NCBI RefSeq assembly: GCF_004010195.1
Contig: NC_057749.1
Coordinates: forward strand, 5,683,339 to 5,747,338
Reading direction: 5' to 3'
DNA: 64,000 nucleotides
DNA from: Chiloscyllium plagiosum
Taxonomy: Eukaryota
Every line of letters starts with the position of its first letter. Positions within the stretch are counted from its first letter, which is position 1. A program made the translations under genes and the position numbers. The notes beneath the pieces are model-generated. The model had not been told where the DNA came from and did no database searches. It saw only the letters and a program-made list of their open reading frames with translations. Shown here piece by piece: positions 52,801 through 61,342 of this stretch.

Positions 52801-54409
52801 ATAATCCTACAGGACAATAGGGCTGCTTCCTCATCAGAAAGAGATGACTGGTGGTGGTTTAATCTGAGGGTCACTGCACAGCTCAGGTGAGGGAAGAGGT
52901 TGAAGAGGAAGTTCCTCCGTTGTAATCTTGGCTTTTCCTACTAAGCAAACATTAACGGCACCAATTGATTGTGCAAAGTATTTAAAAGCTACTTTCAGCA
53001 AAGATAACCATAACAATAAGCATTAATTTTTCTGAAAACAGTTGATTCGTTGATGTCCTTGAGGGAAGGAAATCTGACGTCCTTGACTCCAGACCCACAG
53101 CAACGGCTGACTCTGAACAACCCTCTGAAATGGCTGAGCAGGCCATTCATTTCAAGGGCAATTAGGGATGGTCAACAAATGCCAGCCTTGAGGGTAATGC
53201 CTACATCCCACGGAAGAGTTAAGAAAGATAGCTACACGATAATCACAAGAACATTGAGGATGTCAGATCACAAGGGATTAAGACCTGGGGCAAGACAGCT
53301 CTGGTGAACTCCTCCTCTGCCATGTTTCTCTTCAAAGTTGAATAGTTAATAAAAGTTGAAACAGAAGCAGAAATTGTTGGACATTCTGAAAAAGGGTCAC
53401 TGGACCCTAAATAGTAATGCTGTTCTCTCACCACGCATGCTGACCTGCTGGGTTATTCTAACAATTTCTGTTCTTGTTTCAGATTTCCAGCAGCCGCAAT
53501 TCTTTATTTACTTTTAGTTAATGGAAGTCATTGGTTTGCACTAGTGTGGTGTCCAGTCCTTGTCATTAACAGCTCCCTGAAACTGATTCTGACAGTTCTA
53601 CAGGATTTCCAATGGAAATTTCCCAACATGATAACTTCTCAAAGAAAGACTGGTGGAAGAATGGCAATCAGGTCTGATTGCACTATGTGTGTCCTATACA
53701 GATATAACACCTTCCTCTTTGAACAAAGGTGTGCATCCTTTAATAAATATGTTTAAACAAAACAGCACTGTGAAAACGGATATCAATGAAATGCATGTAA
53801 GTTGCTATTCATCTTATTAAAATTTTATACATTTATATTTTTCGATCTTGATTCCCTCAAGTAATTCTCTCACTGAAATGTGTCTGATTTGGAAGTTCAA
53901 GCTTTAGGTTGAGATTCTAAATTCCACGACTGCAAGCCAAACATTTGCAAAACAGTGTATGAAAACCTGCATACATTTTCGTGTTACTATTCCATGTTTA
54001 ATTGGTTTCCTTTAAATTTAGCTTGTGCACAACTATCTGCTCCGTGTTCTTGACTACTTCCGGGCAAATACACAAAAGTGCAGTGGGACTGTGTGACTCT
54101 GTAAAATAGCTTTCTGCTTGTGTTAGTTCTGGTTCTGGATATTTAGGTCAGAATTATGTTGGTAAAAGCAGCCTTCCTAGATATAATTGCTGATGTATTA
54201 TTCATTCACATATCTGGTACAATTATCTTATTCTTTGTCACTCCTTTATTTAAAAGCAAGCCAGCACTAAGGGCTACCAATCTTTACTGTAACGAGTTCC
54301 ATCTCGAGATTACAATGTGCAGTATTAACTTACTGGTAAATGAAAGGCAACACAGTAGTAGGGGCCAGAGAATGGCCAGAGGTACTTCTTTACTCATTGT
54401 AGTCTTCAT
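1659..54409 (-). CDS. DUOX: Dual oxidase (DUOX1/DUOX2-like NADPH oxidase), 5' part: spliced CDS of 16 exons, 713 aa, continues beyond the left window edge
   Basis: Manual splicing gives one open frame: [43 protein letters not shown]...GCPAEFLNI...[19 protein letters not shown]...[12 protein letters not shown]...[12 protein letters not shown]...LCCFPL...[11 protein letters not shown]. These are DUOX family motifs. All introns are GT-AG with matching phases. DUOX1 vs DUOX2 cannot be resolved by eye. Confidence 0.96.
2638..3998 (+). mobile_element. CR1/HER1-type LINE, 5'-truncated, spanning the assembly gap
   Basis: DKSPGPD...[17 protein letters not shown], then [19 protein letters not shown]; ctctatgactctat tail; taacatt on both flanks. 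Confidence 0.9.
2829..3577. other. Assembly gap (749 N)
   Basis: Run of N inside a CR1 copy; DUOX exons 16 and 17 join in frame across it, so no exon is required in the gap. Confidence 1.
4018..4131 (-). CDS. DUOX: DUOX exon 16 ([28 protein letters not shown]...NIK), 114 nt; end of TM helix and basic juxtamembrane stretch
   Basis: Overlaps ORF 3917..4126; ttaacag acceptor, gtatta donor; phase 1/1. Confidence 0.9.
4965..5325 (+). mobile_element. CR1-type LINE 3' fragment
   Basis: Degenerate MRGIDRV / RGHSLK / FTQRVV region; ttctatgttcta tail. Confidence 0.75.
6030..6445. mobile_element. PLE-derived composite fragment
   Basis: gatttggaggtg...ttatagtccaa end shared with the 20285, 23284 and 54845 copies; 3' part carries a hammerhead motif. 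Confidence 0.65.
6327..6366 (+). ncRNA. Minimal type-I hammerhead ribozyme motif (PLE-associated)
   Basis: tca-CTGATGA-t-gttacc(tagtat)ggtgac-GAAAC-GTC-tga: complete core, 6-bp helix II, 3-bp helix I, palindromic ACGT in place of helix III. Confidence 0.7.
6600..7380 (-). mobile_element. Old L2-like LINE fragment
   Basis: Highly degenerate; agaattccagggct...gctgaaa and gtatcaaat...ccaagattg segments resemble L2 3' regions. Confidence 0.4.
7449..7586 (-). CDS. DUOX: DUOX exon 15 ([10 protein letters not shown]...[21 protein letters not shown]), 138 nt; start of first TM helix
   Basis: PCxQPxQL and LCCxPL motifs; ttcctgcag acceptor, gtttgt donor. Confidence 0.94.
7945..8752 (+). mobile_element. 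Solo LTR (TG...CA) with 4-bp TSD, carrying a nested PLE-derived insert at ~8042-8201
   Basis: atac|TGTGATAA...CATAACA|atac; internal AATAAA near 8603; nested insert flanked by gggttttt. Confidence 0.8.
8803..9070 (+). mobile_element. HE1/V-SINE-type tRNA-derived SINE
   Basis: tRNA-like head (agtggttag...ggttcaattcc), conserved tgtggagttt...gggtttcc body, CR1-like tail ending ctaatctaat. Confidence 0.85.
9377..9486 (-). CDS. DUOX: DUOX exon 14 ([19 protein letters not shown]...NDVFFWKD), 110 nt
   Basis: Lies within ORF 9279..9515; tcttctag acceptor, gtaagc donor; phase 2/1. Confidence 0.92.
10649..10824 (-). CDS. DUOX: DUOX exon 13 ([21 protein letters not shown]...[19 protein letters not shown]), 176 nt
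   Basis: [10 protein letters not shown] motif; aatccag acceptor, gtgagc donor. Confidence 0.95.
10915..11125 (-). mobile_element. HE1/V-SINE-type SINE, partial
   Basis: Reverse complement of the same body (ttggactgtgggaggaaaccggagcacccg). Confidence 0.8.
11450..11930. mobile_element. Divergent pair of a second tRNA-derived SINE family (minus ~11450-11670, plus ~11735-11930)
   Basis: Mutually reverse-complementary; related copies at ~20910, 42535, 43430, 48195, 52790 and 54685. Confidence 0.7.
12720..12892 (-). CDS. DUOX: DUOX exon 12 ([31 protein letters not shown]...SEKPQ), 173 nt
   Basis: IQRGRDxGLPSY peroxidase motif (ORF 12657..12887); ttttgcag acceptor, gtttgg donor. Confidence 0.94.
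13062..13381 (-). mobile_element. Young PLE 3' fragment with perfect 16-bp TSD
   Basis: ctattaggagtaagag at 13046-13061 and 13382-13397; C-rich 3' region plus pseudo-LTR containing a hammerhead. Confidence 0.8.
13119..13154 (-). ncRNA. Minimal type-I hammerhead ribozyme motif, sense to DUOX pre-mRNA
   Basis: Minus strand attc-CTGAAGA-a-gggc(ttat)gccc-GAAAC-GTC-gatt: intact core and helix II; helix I imperfect (3 of 4 pairs). Confidence 0.65.
13398..16660 (+). mobile_element. Degenerate CR1 LINE ORF2/3' end, interrupted at ~14183-15632 by a minus-strand CR1
   Basis: [19 protein letters not shown] and WIQNWL before the break; [14 protein letters not shown] after it; agtggt repeated at both junctions. 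Confidence 0.85.
14183..15632 (-). mobile_element. Younger CR1/HER1 LINE nested antisense in an older CR1
   Basis: [11 protein letters not shown]...[15 protein letters not shown] on the minus strand; tail appears as catacagtcatagag on plus. Confidence 0.85.
17364..17466 (-). CDS. DUOX: DUOX exon 11 ([34 protein letters not shown]), 103 nt
   Basis: [14 protein letters not shown] motif; ttgctag acceptor, gtaaaa donor. Confidence 0.95.
17935..18220 (-). mobile_element. HE1/V-SINE-type SINE
   Basis: attagattagattccc tail through gcagtgctaaccactg head. Confidence 0.85.
19567..19784. mobile_element. Fold-back PLE-derived insert
   Basis: Inverted halves; TSD aa(t/c)agtagctttga; two mutated hammerhead cores at the centre. 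Confidence 0.75.
20285..20450. mobile_element. Fold-back PLE-derived insert (second subfamily) with plus-strand hammerhead motif at 20356-20390
   Basis: tac-CTGACGA-a-ggagc(agc)gctcc-GAAA-gttt-gta; inverted arms aaggtcagaagtcaca / tgtgacttctgacctt. Confidence 0.7.
20593..20680 (-). CDS. DUOX: DUOX exon 10 (NKDCQFQ...[13 protein letters not shown]), 88 nt
   Basis: ALRVCNNxW motif; cttttccag acceptor, gtatgg donor; phase 2/0. Confidence 0.93.
21211..21495 (-). mobile_element. HE1/V-SINE-type SINE
   Basis: Same head, body and tail as the other copies. Confidence 0.85.
21949..22045 (-). CDS. DUOX: DUOX exon 9 ([33 protein letters not shown]), 97 nt
   Basis: DPxISPEF and VPPGVYMR motifs; gtttcag acceptor, gtgata donor; the preceding intron is only 120 nt. 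Confidence 0.95.
22166..22226 (-). CDS. DUOX: DUOX exon 8 ([20 protein letters not shown]), 61 nt
   Basis: YEWLP motif; cttgtgcag acceptor, gtcagt donor. Confidence 0.93.
23284..23499. mobile_element. Fold-back PLE-derived insert inside a CR1 remnant, with two oppositely oriented hammerhead motifs
   Basis: 12-bp TSD taaatttaaaga (23272-23283, 23500-23511); ~85-bp inverted arms; minus-strand CTGATGA-a-ggagc(agt)gctcc-GAAAGCTA at 23372-23406. Confidence 0.8.
24650..25075 (+). mobile_element. Non-LTR retroelement 3' fragment (CR1-group, family uncertain)
   Basis: [13 protein letters not shown]...[12 protein letters not shown]2 C-terminal motif; caccaccttctcaaggg-type tail shared with ~4575-4740, 9770-10020 and 30270-30415. 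Confidence 0.65.
25086..25579. repeat. 31-bp minisatellite, about 16 copies
   Basis: Unit ctcctggccttgaggtgaag(c/g)ctagcatgga, head-to-tail with no spacers. Confidence 0.95.
25581..25906 (-). mobile_element. HE1/V-SINE-type SINE inserted into the last minisatellite unit
   Basis: The repeat unit resumes after the SINE (tgaggtggatcttagcaaggactc). Confidence 0.85.
26187..26353 (-). CDS. DUOX: DUOX exon 7 ([25 protein letters not shown]...[17 protein letters not shown]), 167 nt
   Basis: Lies within ORF 26082..26372; ctgaaag acceptor, gtaact donor. Confidence 0.95.
26478..26972 (-). mobile_element. CR1/HER1 LINE 3' fragment
   Basis: [13 protein letters not shown]...RRLRGDL...[10 protein letters not shown]. 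Confidence 0.85.
27180..27580 (+). mobile_element. PLE endonuclease (GIY-YIG C-terminal) fragment
   Basis: Frameshifted GDTKRR / FAEHL / HFNSPSHS / [24 protein letters not shown]. Confidence 0.7.
28736..28937 (-). CDS. DUOX: DUOX exon 6 ([27 protein letters not shown]...GLY), 202 nt
   Basis: TxWxDGSxIYGS motif; tttttttcag acceptor, gtaact donor. Confidence 0.95.
29717..30085 (-). mobile_element. CR1/HER1 LINE 3' fragment
   Basis: [21 protein letters not shown] and catagagtcatac tail; similar fragments at ~30840-31380 (-), 32705-33030 (-) and 33553-33805 (+). Confidence 0.85.
31515..31702 (-). CDS. DUOX: DUOX exon 5 ([26 protein letters not shown]...SPNNPRLQ), 188 nt
   Basis: GCPAEFLNI motif; gtttcag acceptor, gtatgt donor. 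Confidence 0.95.
34620..36152. mobile_element. Nested CR1 cluster: older plus-strand copy interrupted by a minus-strand copy (~34830-35762) retaining the RT core
   Basis: [24 protein letters not shown]...[11 protein letters not shown] on minus; EYSVQFWS...EKVQRRF on plus. Confidence 0.85.
37850..38452 (-). mobile_element. Short solo LTR (family X) with nested A-tailed module (~38060-38212) and PLE insert (~38265-38395)
   Basis: TG...CA ends, 5-bp TSD attca/gttca; homologous to 47398-47613 and 49971-50958. Confidence 0.7.
40063..41309. mobile_element. Two tail-to-tail CR1 3' fragments (plus ~40063-40508, minus ~40563-41309)
   Basis: cctatgttccta tail on plus; [11 protein letters not shown] and [10 protein letters not shown] on minus. 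Confidence 0.8.
41371..41535 (-). CDS. DUOX: DUOX exon 4 ([16 protein letters not shown]...LPNPRNISN...NRTVLFVYF), 165 nt
   Basis: Lies within ORF 41309..41626; ctatccag acceptor, gtaag donor. Confidence 0.95.
44236..44575 (-). mobile_element. HE1/V-SINE-type SINE
   Basis: Same family; further copies at ~46268-46610 (-), 48765-49110 (-), 52488-52760 (+) and 58945-59280 (-). Confidence 0.85.
44706..44783 (-). CDS. DUOX: DUOX exon 3 ([25 protein letters not shown]), 78 nt
   Basis: [13 protein letters not shown] peroxidase-domain N-terminal motif; ccactttag acceptor, gtaag donor; phase 1/1. Confidence 0.95.
44860..46200 (-). mobile_element. Old CR1 LINE ORF2 fragment
   Basis: [24 protein letters not shown] and degenerate [10 protein letters not shown] on the minus strand. 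Confidence 0.75.
47398..47613 (-). mobile_element. Short solo LTR (family X), uninterrupted copy
   Basis: Minus strand TGTAATG...gacagatgtaaacaggagtatcag...aaataaagagtgacttgg...gaagttatttta; TSD gaagt/gaggt. Confidence 0.7.
49971..50958 (+). mobile_element. Short solo LTR (family X) containing three tandem ~200-bp A-tailed modules
   Basis: TG...CA ends; LTR sequence breaks at gatataaacaggagatt (~50067-50083) and resumes at ataaacaggggattcag (~50827). Confidence 0.75.
50084..50826 (+). repeat. Three diverged ~200-bp units, each with 3' hairpin and A-rich tail
   Basis: Units begin at ~50084, ~50380 and ~50600; each contains ctgcttgtcactggccact, (ca)n, gcactac...tagtg, then an A-rich run and ataaacagg. 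Confidence 0.85.
51585..51717 (+). mobile_element. Short PLE pseudo-LTR insert
   Basis: 17-bp TSD tggttggttgtttggtt; hammerhead core mutated to CTAATGA. Confidence 0.75.
54334..54409 (-). CDS. DUOX: DUOX exon 2, coding part (start codon, signal peptide [25 protein letters not shown]); whole exon 54334-54461
   Basis: Acceptor ttttttactgtag, two in-frame TGA upstream of the ATG, hydrophobic signal-peptide core, donor A|gtaagt in phase 1 that joins the next exon in frame. Confidence 0.85.
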
Positions 54410-54844
54410 CTTTCAACTGTTTAAACCTGTGCGATTTGGAGGCTCCTCCTTGTTCTGTCAACTACAGTAAAAAAAAAAGAATGGAAGAAGAGATGTAAAT
54501 AAATGTATAGGATATGTTTATATGCATGAAACCTGACACAAGTGCAATTCAATTTGTGCATTTACATGCACAGGCAGGCGAAGTCTGAATGGTATTATAT
54601 GAAGAATATTGAGGCATTGGAAAAGGTGCAAAGAAGAGACATAAGGATGATACCAGCACTGACAGCGAATAACTACTTTATTAGCAGATGGGTCAGTTAG
54701 CTGGATGGCTAACAGCATGAGTTCAATTTCTGCATTGACTCAGTTTACTTTGAAGGATTTTCCTTCTTATATTCTCTCCCTGTATAAGGTGTGGTGACCC
54801 GTAGGTTAAACCACGACCAGTTGTCTGTCTCAAGTGAGAGCCGT

Positions 54845-55055
54845 GATGTGGAGGTGCCGGTGTTGGACTGGGCTGGACAAGGTCAGAAGCCGCACGACAT
54901 CAGGTTATAGTGCAACAGGTTTATTTGAAATCACAAGCTTTCGGAGCGCTGTCCCTTTGTCAGGGCCTCATTTGATGAAGGAGCAGTGCTCCAAAAGCTT
55001 GTGATTTCAAACGAATCTGTTGAACTATAACCTGGTGTTGTGTGACTTTGGATCT
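54845..55055. mobile_element. Fold-back PLE-derived insert within a tRNA-SINE
   Basis: Inverted arms; agtgagag on both flanks; both hammerhead cores mutated. Confidence 0.7.
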
Positions 55056-58000
55056 AGTGAGAGAGTAGCCTTGTGGTCTGGTAGGATTATGCCAACTTTC
55101 CTTATTAGGACAGTCTGGACCTCTCTTTTGTTGGAAATCAAGTAAATTTGAGGCACAATCTGAAGGAATTCTTAAAATTATGATAGATTTTCTTAGAGTT
55201 GAAGTGGAAAAGAGGTTTTCACTTGTACAGGTATCCAAAACTAGCCAGTGTAAATAGGAACCAGTCACTAATAAACCTGACAGGGAATTTAGGAAGAACC
55301 ACTTTGCTTGGAGAATGGTTAGAAGGTGAAACGTAGTACTCAAAGGGCAGTGAAGTTTGATATGTCAGGGTAGGATAAACAGGGGGTGGACGAGGACGTC
55401 TAAGCCAGTTGAGAGATTTGGCCTCTTGAGAGTATCAGTTTTTGTCACTTATGGCAAAACAAGATCTCCGCAAAGTCCTGATCAGGATTAAACAAGATGT
55501 GGAGGTGCTGGTGTTGGACTGGGGTGGACAAAGTCAAAAATCACACGGCACTGGGTTATAGTCCAACAGGTTTATCTGAATGAGATTAAACGAGATGAAC
55601 CCTCTTCCAAGAAATCTTGAAGAACACAAGTTCCAATATTATGAGATGTAAATCGGGGATCAGACAGCATTGATAAAGCATTCAAAATTGCCAGCAGAGT
55701 TACAGAAGTTTCAGATTCAATTCATCATTATCAATGCTCTGTTAGCCTCCCCCTACCTCCACGATCTAACCCATTTGTGTAGCTTTCCATTTCCTTCACC
55801 ATTAAATACTGACCTAGTTTCCATTTTAAGGCATTTGCTTCAATAACTCCATTTTGTATAAACTTCTACATTCTAATTGCTCTGGGGAAATGAGGGTTAT
55901 ACTCATTTCTCCTCTGAGTATATTGGTGACTGATTTATCTTTGGAAGTTCCTTGATGTGGGTTCCCCTTAACAAGTAGTTCCAGTCTATAAATTAGATCA
56001 CTCCACTGCCTTTTCTAGAGAGAAATGATGATGACTATCCAGTGTTTCTGAATAATTATAATCACTTCTGGTGTCACCCTGAAAAGATCTTTGAGATGTA
56101 CTATGGTAGTGAAAGACACTATATAAATGCAAGCTCTTTCTGTCTTAAGGCTATCACCCACGGAAGGAAAGCAGTTTCTCCAGAATGCAACACAGTGACA
56201 ATTGCTTGAACATCATTCAAGCTTAAAGGCTAACACAAAAGAGAAATTTGCACTACTCTTTACAAATTGAGTTTTAGATTCTATCTTTGTCTCCTTACTG
56301 CTACTCTCCATGCCTGTCTTCCTTATGTGAACTCAAATATGGAGTCTACCGTAAGGTCCATTTAGTCAGACCCATTCAGAATTAATATCTTCCATTCCTC
56401 AGAATACCCATAATAGACGTTCTCGAGCCATTACTATCCTTGGCAGGTGATGAGGTTGTGCTGGCTGTTGAATTATATTAGAGCTAGCTAATGTCACCAT
56501 TTCCAAAAGTGGTTACTGTCCAAATGAGCTGTGATATGTATATCGTTTACAGTACATCTCACTGTTGTTCACAGTTGTAGTTTGTCTAATTGGGTTCACG
56601 ACAAACAATGCAATATTTAAAATGCCCACTAGCTGTATTGCCGTTTATTTAATGCTGTGCTTGCATCAGAGCCTATTTGGCGGTACCCATGATCATCAGA
56701 GATAACACTTTCACACTTTATAATTGCCTCTGGACGCTCCCAACACCCTGTTTATGCCTAGGGCAAATAAAGGAACCAACTCCTCTAAGGTCTACTTCAC
56801 TAAAGTGTCCTCCAGCTGAGGCATGAATATGTAATGTCAACTTCCTAAAGGTCTTGATGTTGAAAATAGTTGTTAAAGACTAGAGATACTCCTAAGCACT
56901 CAGTTAAGAAAGAATGTATATTTATATAGAATTCTCTACTACCACAGAACATACAAAAGATTTTTTAAGTCTTTAAGCACCAAGGACAGGTGAGTAGGAC
57001 TAGTTTAATTTGGGAACCTGGTTGATGTAAACTAGTTGGACTGAAGAGTCTGTTTTCACACTGTAAGACTCTGTGAAAGAGTTAAATACCATAGGTAATA
57101 CAAAAAGCAAAATCTTATGAACCAGCAACAAGCAAATCAACTTTTTGAGTGACATTGGTTGAAGGATAAGGTCAAGAACATATCTGTTTTTCTTCAAATG
57201 CTCACGAGGGGACTTTGACTTGACAGCTCACTTGAAAGATGGCAGATCTGACAATGCAACACTCCCTCAGACCTGCACAGAAATGAGCTCAAGTCGTTCT
57301 AAGGCTTAGAGGCAAGATTTCTGCCACTGAACTAAAACTGAGATTAGATTGTAATTTCTAACTTAACATCTGAATACAAAACCGAATTTTAACTGTCCGT
57401 AATGGGAAGTGCCTGATTTTCATCGAAATCAAATTCAACAAAAAAGTGGCAACTGAAATGGCAGGATTACAACAACAGCTCTACAGCAAGGGAGTGAGTT
57501 GATGTTTGCCAGTTCCGGGAAAATATCCCACCAATCATTAGCTCCATGAAAATGACAGAACCAAGTGAGACAGAGAAAGGAAAGAACTAAGACAAAAAGG
57601 AAGAGATAGATGAAGAAAATTAAGGGCAGCAAAAGAGTAGCCAAATAGAAATAGTGAAATGGCAGAAGCATAATATCAGGGAGAGATAATAGGAAATGGA
57701 ACAGAATGCTAGGACACAAGGTGGACAGAATATAGGAAGATAGAGAGAAAGCAATTGAAGAAGGTGTAAAGGGAGAAACGTGAAAACGACAGAAACAATA
57801 AAACATTTCACTGGCTCATCCAAAGCAATGTTATATCATACGGGCATAAATAATGACAGTTTGAAAATGAAAATGCAGATTTTCATTCACAATAAAGTAA
57901 CTATATTTACATAAATTACTTCTATGTTATGCTGAAAATGCTTTTCAGTAATATGATAATTCCATACCATAGATAAAATTAATATAAGCATTAAGTGTAA

Positions 58001-58135
58001 CTTTTGCCTTGCATGATAATTTCAAACTTCAGTAGAATTGACTTTTTGTTTACGTCATGAAAAGTTTAAAGACCAGGGATTAAAAATAATGGCATTAAAA
58101 TTATTGCAAAGCATTCAGTAACGAAGACAACCCAC

Positions 58136-58235
58136 CTTGTGGAAACTTGCTTGCTCTCTGTTACTCATGTAGTGCTTCACCATCAGAGAGCTAGATCACT
58201 CGTGCTGAGTTGTTAAATAAAGCTTTAGGCCAGTA
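58136..58235 (-). other. DUOX: Probable non-coding first exon of DUOX (5' end approximate)
   Basis: Exon 2 begins with a strong acceptor, so an upstream exon must exist. Here non-repetitive sequence has TATAAA followed ~125 nt later by a CAAG|gtgggt donor. No transcript evidence. Confidence 0.5.
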
Positions 58236-58258
58236 AAGAGAGACTTGTTCTGTGCTGA

Positions 58259-58264
58259 TTTATA
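58259..58264 (-). promoter_or_regulatory. Candidate TATA box of the DUOX promoter
   Basis: Minus strand reads ggaaTATAAAtcagc, just upstream of the candidate first exon. Confidence 0.45.
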
Positions 58265-60711
58265 TTCCGTCTACAAAGGTACAGGAAGAAGTACTTGATT
58301 ACATAAAATCTGTGACGACTGCATCTTGATGGAAAAAGGAACACTCCTTAAAAGTGGCACTAAGCCACATTGTTAAAATGATTCCTGCATGACACACCCC
58401 TAACTGACTTAATAAAAGCATGCATCAATTATTTTAATTCATGTTTTTTGTGAATCGTACCCCATATCCACCCCACACCAAGTATTGACTATTTCGAGAG
58501 TTAGCAGCCTTCTGCCCACAAAACAATCTAGAAAAAGAATGGAAACTATTTCTATTTGTGCAAAGGTAAATTTTCTGCTTATCTGAAATGGCACCGTAAC
58601 CCACCTCACCCCAACAATCTGGGCTGAAATTCAAATAAGGGTCATGGTTCTCCTGGTGTCCTGATCGTAGCTCGTCCTCTGAAGCATGACACACAGATTA
58701 ACTGGTTTAACGTCCCATTGTTGTGTATGGGAATCTGCCAGCACCCAATGGCTGCTGTTTCTGCCCATTGAGGAATGCCTGAATTCCATGTAATCCATTG
58801 TCTGCAGTTCTTTGGAAACAAATGGGTTCTCGTTGTGTCTCAGTTCATCACACTCTTGCCACAGAGTCAGAAGTTTGTGTTCAAGAAATATTCAGAACAG
58901 AACATCTTGAATCACTTCATTGCTCGGGGATTGTTGAGGTGCCAATCATGGAATCCCTACAGTGTGGAAGCAGGCCATTCGGCCTATCGAATCTACACTG
59001 AATCTCTGAAGGGCATTGCACCAGAACCACACCCATAATCCCACATTTCCCATGGCTATCTCACTTAGCCTGCACGCTTCTGAACAATTTAACATGGCCA
59101 ACACACATAACCTGCACATCTTTGGACTTTGGAAGGAAACCGGAGCACCCAGAGGAAACTCAGACAGACATGGGGACAGTGTGCAAATTCCACACATTCT
59201 GTCACCCGAGGCTAGAATTGAACCCCGGTCCCTAGAGCTGTGAGGAAACAGTGCAAACCACTGAGCCACTGTGCCACCCCTGCAAGCAAACAGAGTGGTA
59301 AACATCAGGTACACTGTCACTGTTGTGAAATAAATTTTCTCTGGTGTACTGGCCAAAATTAAGCCCCCAAAAAGATATTACTAAGGCAAAATCAAATCAG
59401 ATTGCTGTTCATGGAAAGGTTGATGTATGCAAAATGAATTATTTCTTACACTCTAGCAGTGACATCACTTTAAAACTGGCTGCAAAGATCTCTGCGAACA
59501 TCTTTTCATGTTTTTGAAAGATGTTATACAAATCCCAGTCTGACTTTCACTGGGACACCCACATTCCTATTATGAAGAGCAAAGGTTGGGAGCCATGGCA
59601 ACATTCCACAACTAGCCACACTCCTAGTCACATTGTTCTCATGCATACACAACCTTAGCATCTAGCAAACAGTGAGGAAAATTGCCCTGTCCATAAAACA
59701 TAGGTCAAATCCATTCTGGCCAATATTTTTTGTTGAATCAGTCTGTTGTACAAGGTAATGTTTCTGAAAGTGGTCATTTTACATCAGCTCCACCAATTTT
59801 ACCACTGCCTCTCAGAGTCTGTTACCTTGCTTTCAAATGGAGCAGATATGACTGCTAACTCCCTAAGGTCCTATAATTGTGTCTGACAATATGTAGCTAC
59901 TGCCATCATGGAATAAATCATCTTGTTGTTTAAGAATTGTGCCTCTTCTGAAGATACAATATTGTGCTGTATCGTCGATCAATAATCATTGGATTAGCCT
60001 AAGGTAAAGCAAAGGAGGATTAGTGGCAGCAAAGGACATAATGGGAGAGGTGGCAAATACCACAAAATGCCAGCACTGGTCATTTTGGAAAATATCACAT
60101 GGTCTATCTCGATCATGAGCAAAGTAATGGAAAGGGATTTCAAGGAGTGCTTAGTGTGTAATGAAATGGTCATTGATGCCCACATTGGGTTCTGTTACAA
60201 ACCTCAATGATCCATATCTGGGCACCAGAGCTGAATTTCAGGAGTGAAGAACATATCTGCCCTCGAAATCAGGGCAGAATGTGACTAAGTGTGCAATTAA
60301 AATTAATTGCAATAGCATTTAGGAGAAACAATTCAATTGCTGAAATATACAAAAGGTGATGGTACGGCTGTTGGAGGCCAATCATCTCAGCTCCAGAATA
60401 TGGTCACAGGAGGTACTTGAGACCAGCTATCTTCATTAACTTTATCAATGACTTTCATCCAACATTAGAACTGAGAATATTACATGGTGTTCATTTGTAA
60501 CTCCTCAGACCATGAAGCAGTCCATGACTGCACACAGCAAGAGTGGGGCAAATTCCAGCTGAAGAAATTTTGGACAACTGGCCGTCTAAATATGCTTTTT
60601 TTTTCCTTATAATTTGAAGGATTACTCAGATCCTCCAATTACTTCTGCTGATATGTTTGGCTTATGTTATACTGTGGTTTCACCGTTTTGGTGCTGGCCA
60701 GAATGAGAGTT

Positions 60712-61165
60712 ACAGAGTCATAGAGATGTACAGCACTGAAACAAACCCTTCAGTTGTACTTGGCCATGCCAAACAGATATCCTAAATTAATTTAGACCCA
60801 TTTGCCTCCATTTGGCCAATATCCCTCCAAACCCTTCCTATTCATATACCCATCCAAATGCCCTTTATATATTATAATTGTACCAGCCTCCACCACTTCC
60901 TCTGGCAGGTCATTCCATACACGCACCATCCTCTGCGTGAAAAAGTTGCCCTTAGGTCCCTTTCAGATCTTTCCCCTCACACTTTAAACCTATACTCTCT
61001 AGTCTTGGACTACCCTACCCTGGGGAAAGGACTTTGGCTCTTCACTCTATGTATGCCCCTCATGATTTTGTAAACCTCTCAACCTCCTACGCTTCAGTGA
61101 AAGAAGTCCCAGCCTCTCTTTGTTACTCAAACCTTTGATTCCCGGCCACATCCTGGTAAACCTCT
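60712..61165 (-). mobile_element. CR1/HER1 LINE 3' fragment
   Basis: KRFTRMWPG...RLGLLSLKRRRLRG; agagtcatagag tail. Confidence 0.85.
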
Positions 61166-61321
61166 TACTCAGAAACAAAAGGTTTATTTGTATACTTCTG
61201 ACAGAGGAGCAGAAAGAAGACAGATGGTGTGGAGGGTTGCTAATGATAGTGAAAGAGAGAAAGAGGTGCAAAATTAAGGTCTGAAAGATTCTCTCAAAGC
61301 ACCAGACAGTATGTGTCCGCA

Positions 61322-61342
61322 TGTGTGTGTGTGTGTGTGTGT
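61322..61342. repeat. (TG)n microsatellite, about 10 units
   Basis: tgtgtgtgtgtgtgtgtgtgt. Confidence 0.9.

Noticed and set aside
53385..53420. Further hammerhead-like strings (also ~27868 and ~62115-62140)
   Set aside because: Core or helix positions are mutated; counted only as decayed PLE relics, not ribozymes
57435..57806. 123-aa hydrophobic ORF as a membrane protein
   Set aside because: Result of translating a pyrimidine-rich low-complexity strand; no family motif
58049..58058. CRE-like site (TGACGTAA on minus) in candidate intron 1
   Set aside because: A single short imperfect motif is expected by chance; no conservation data
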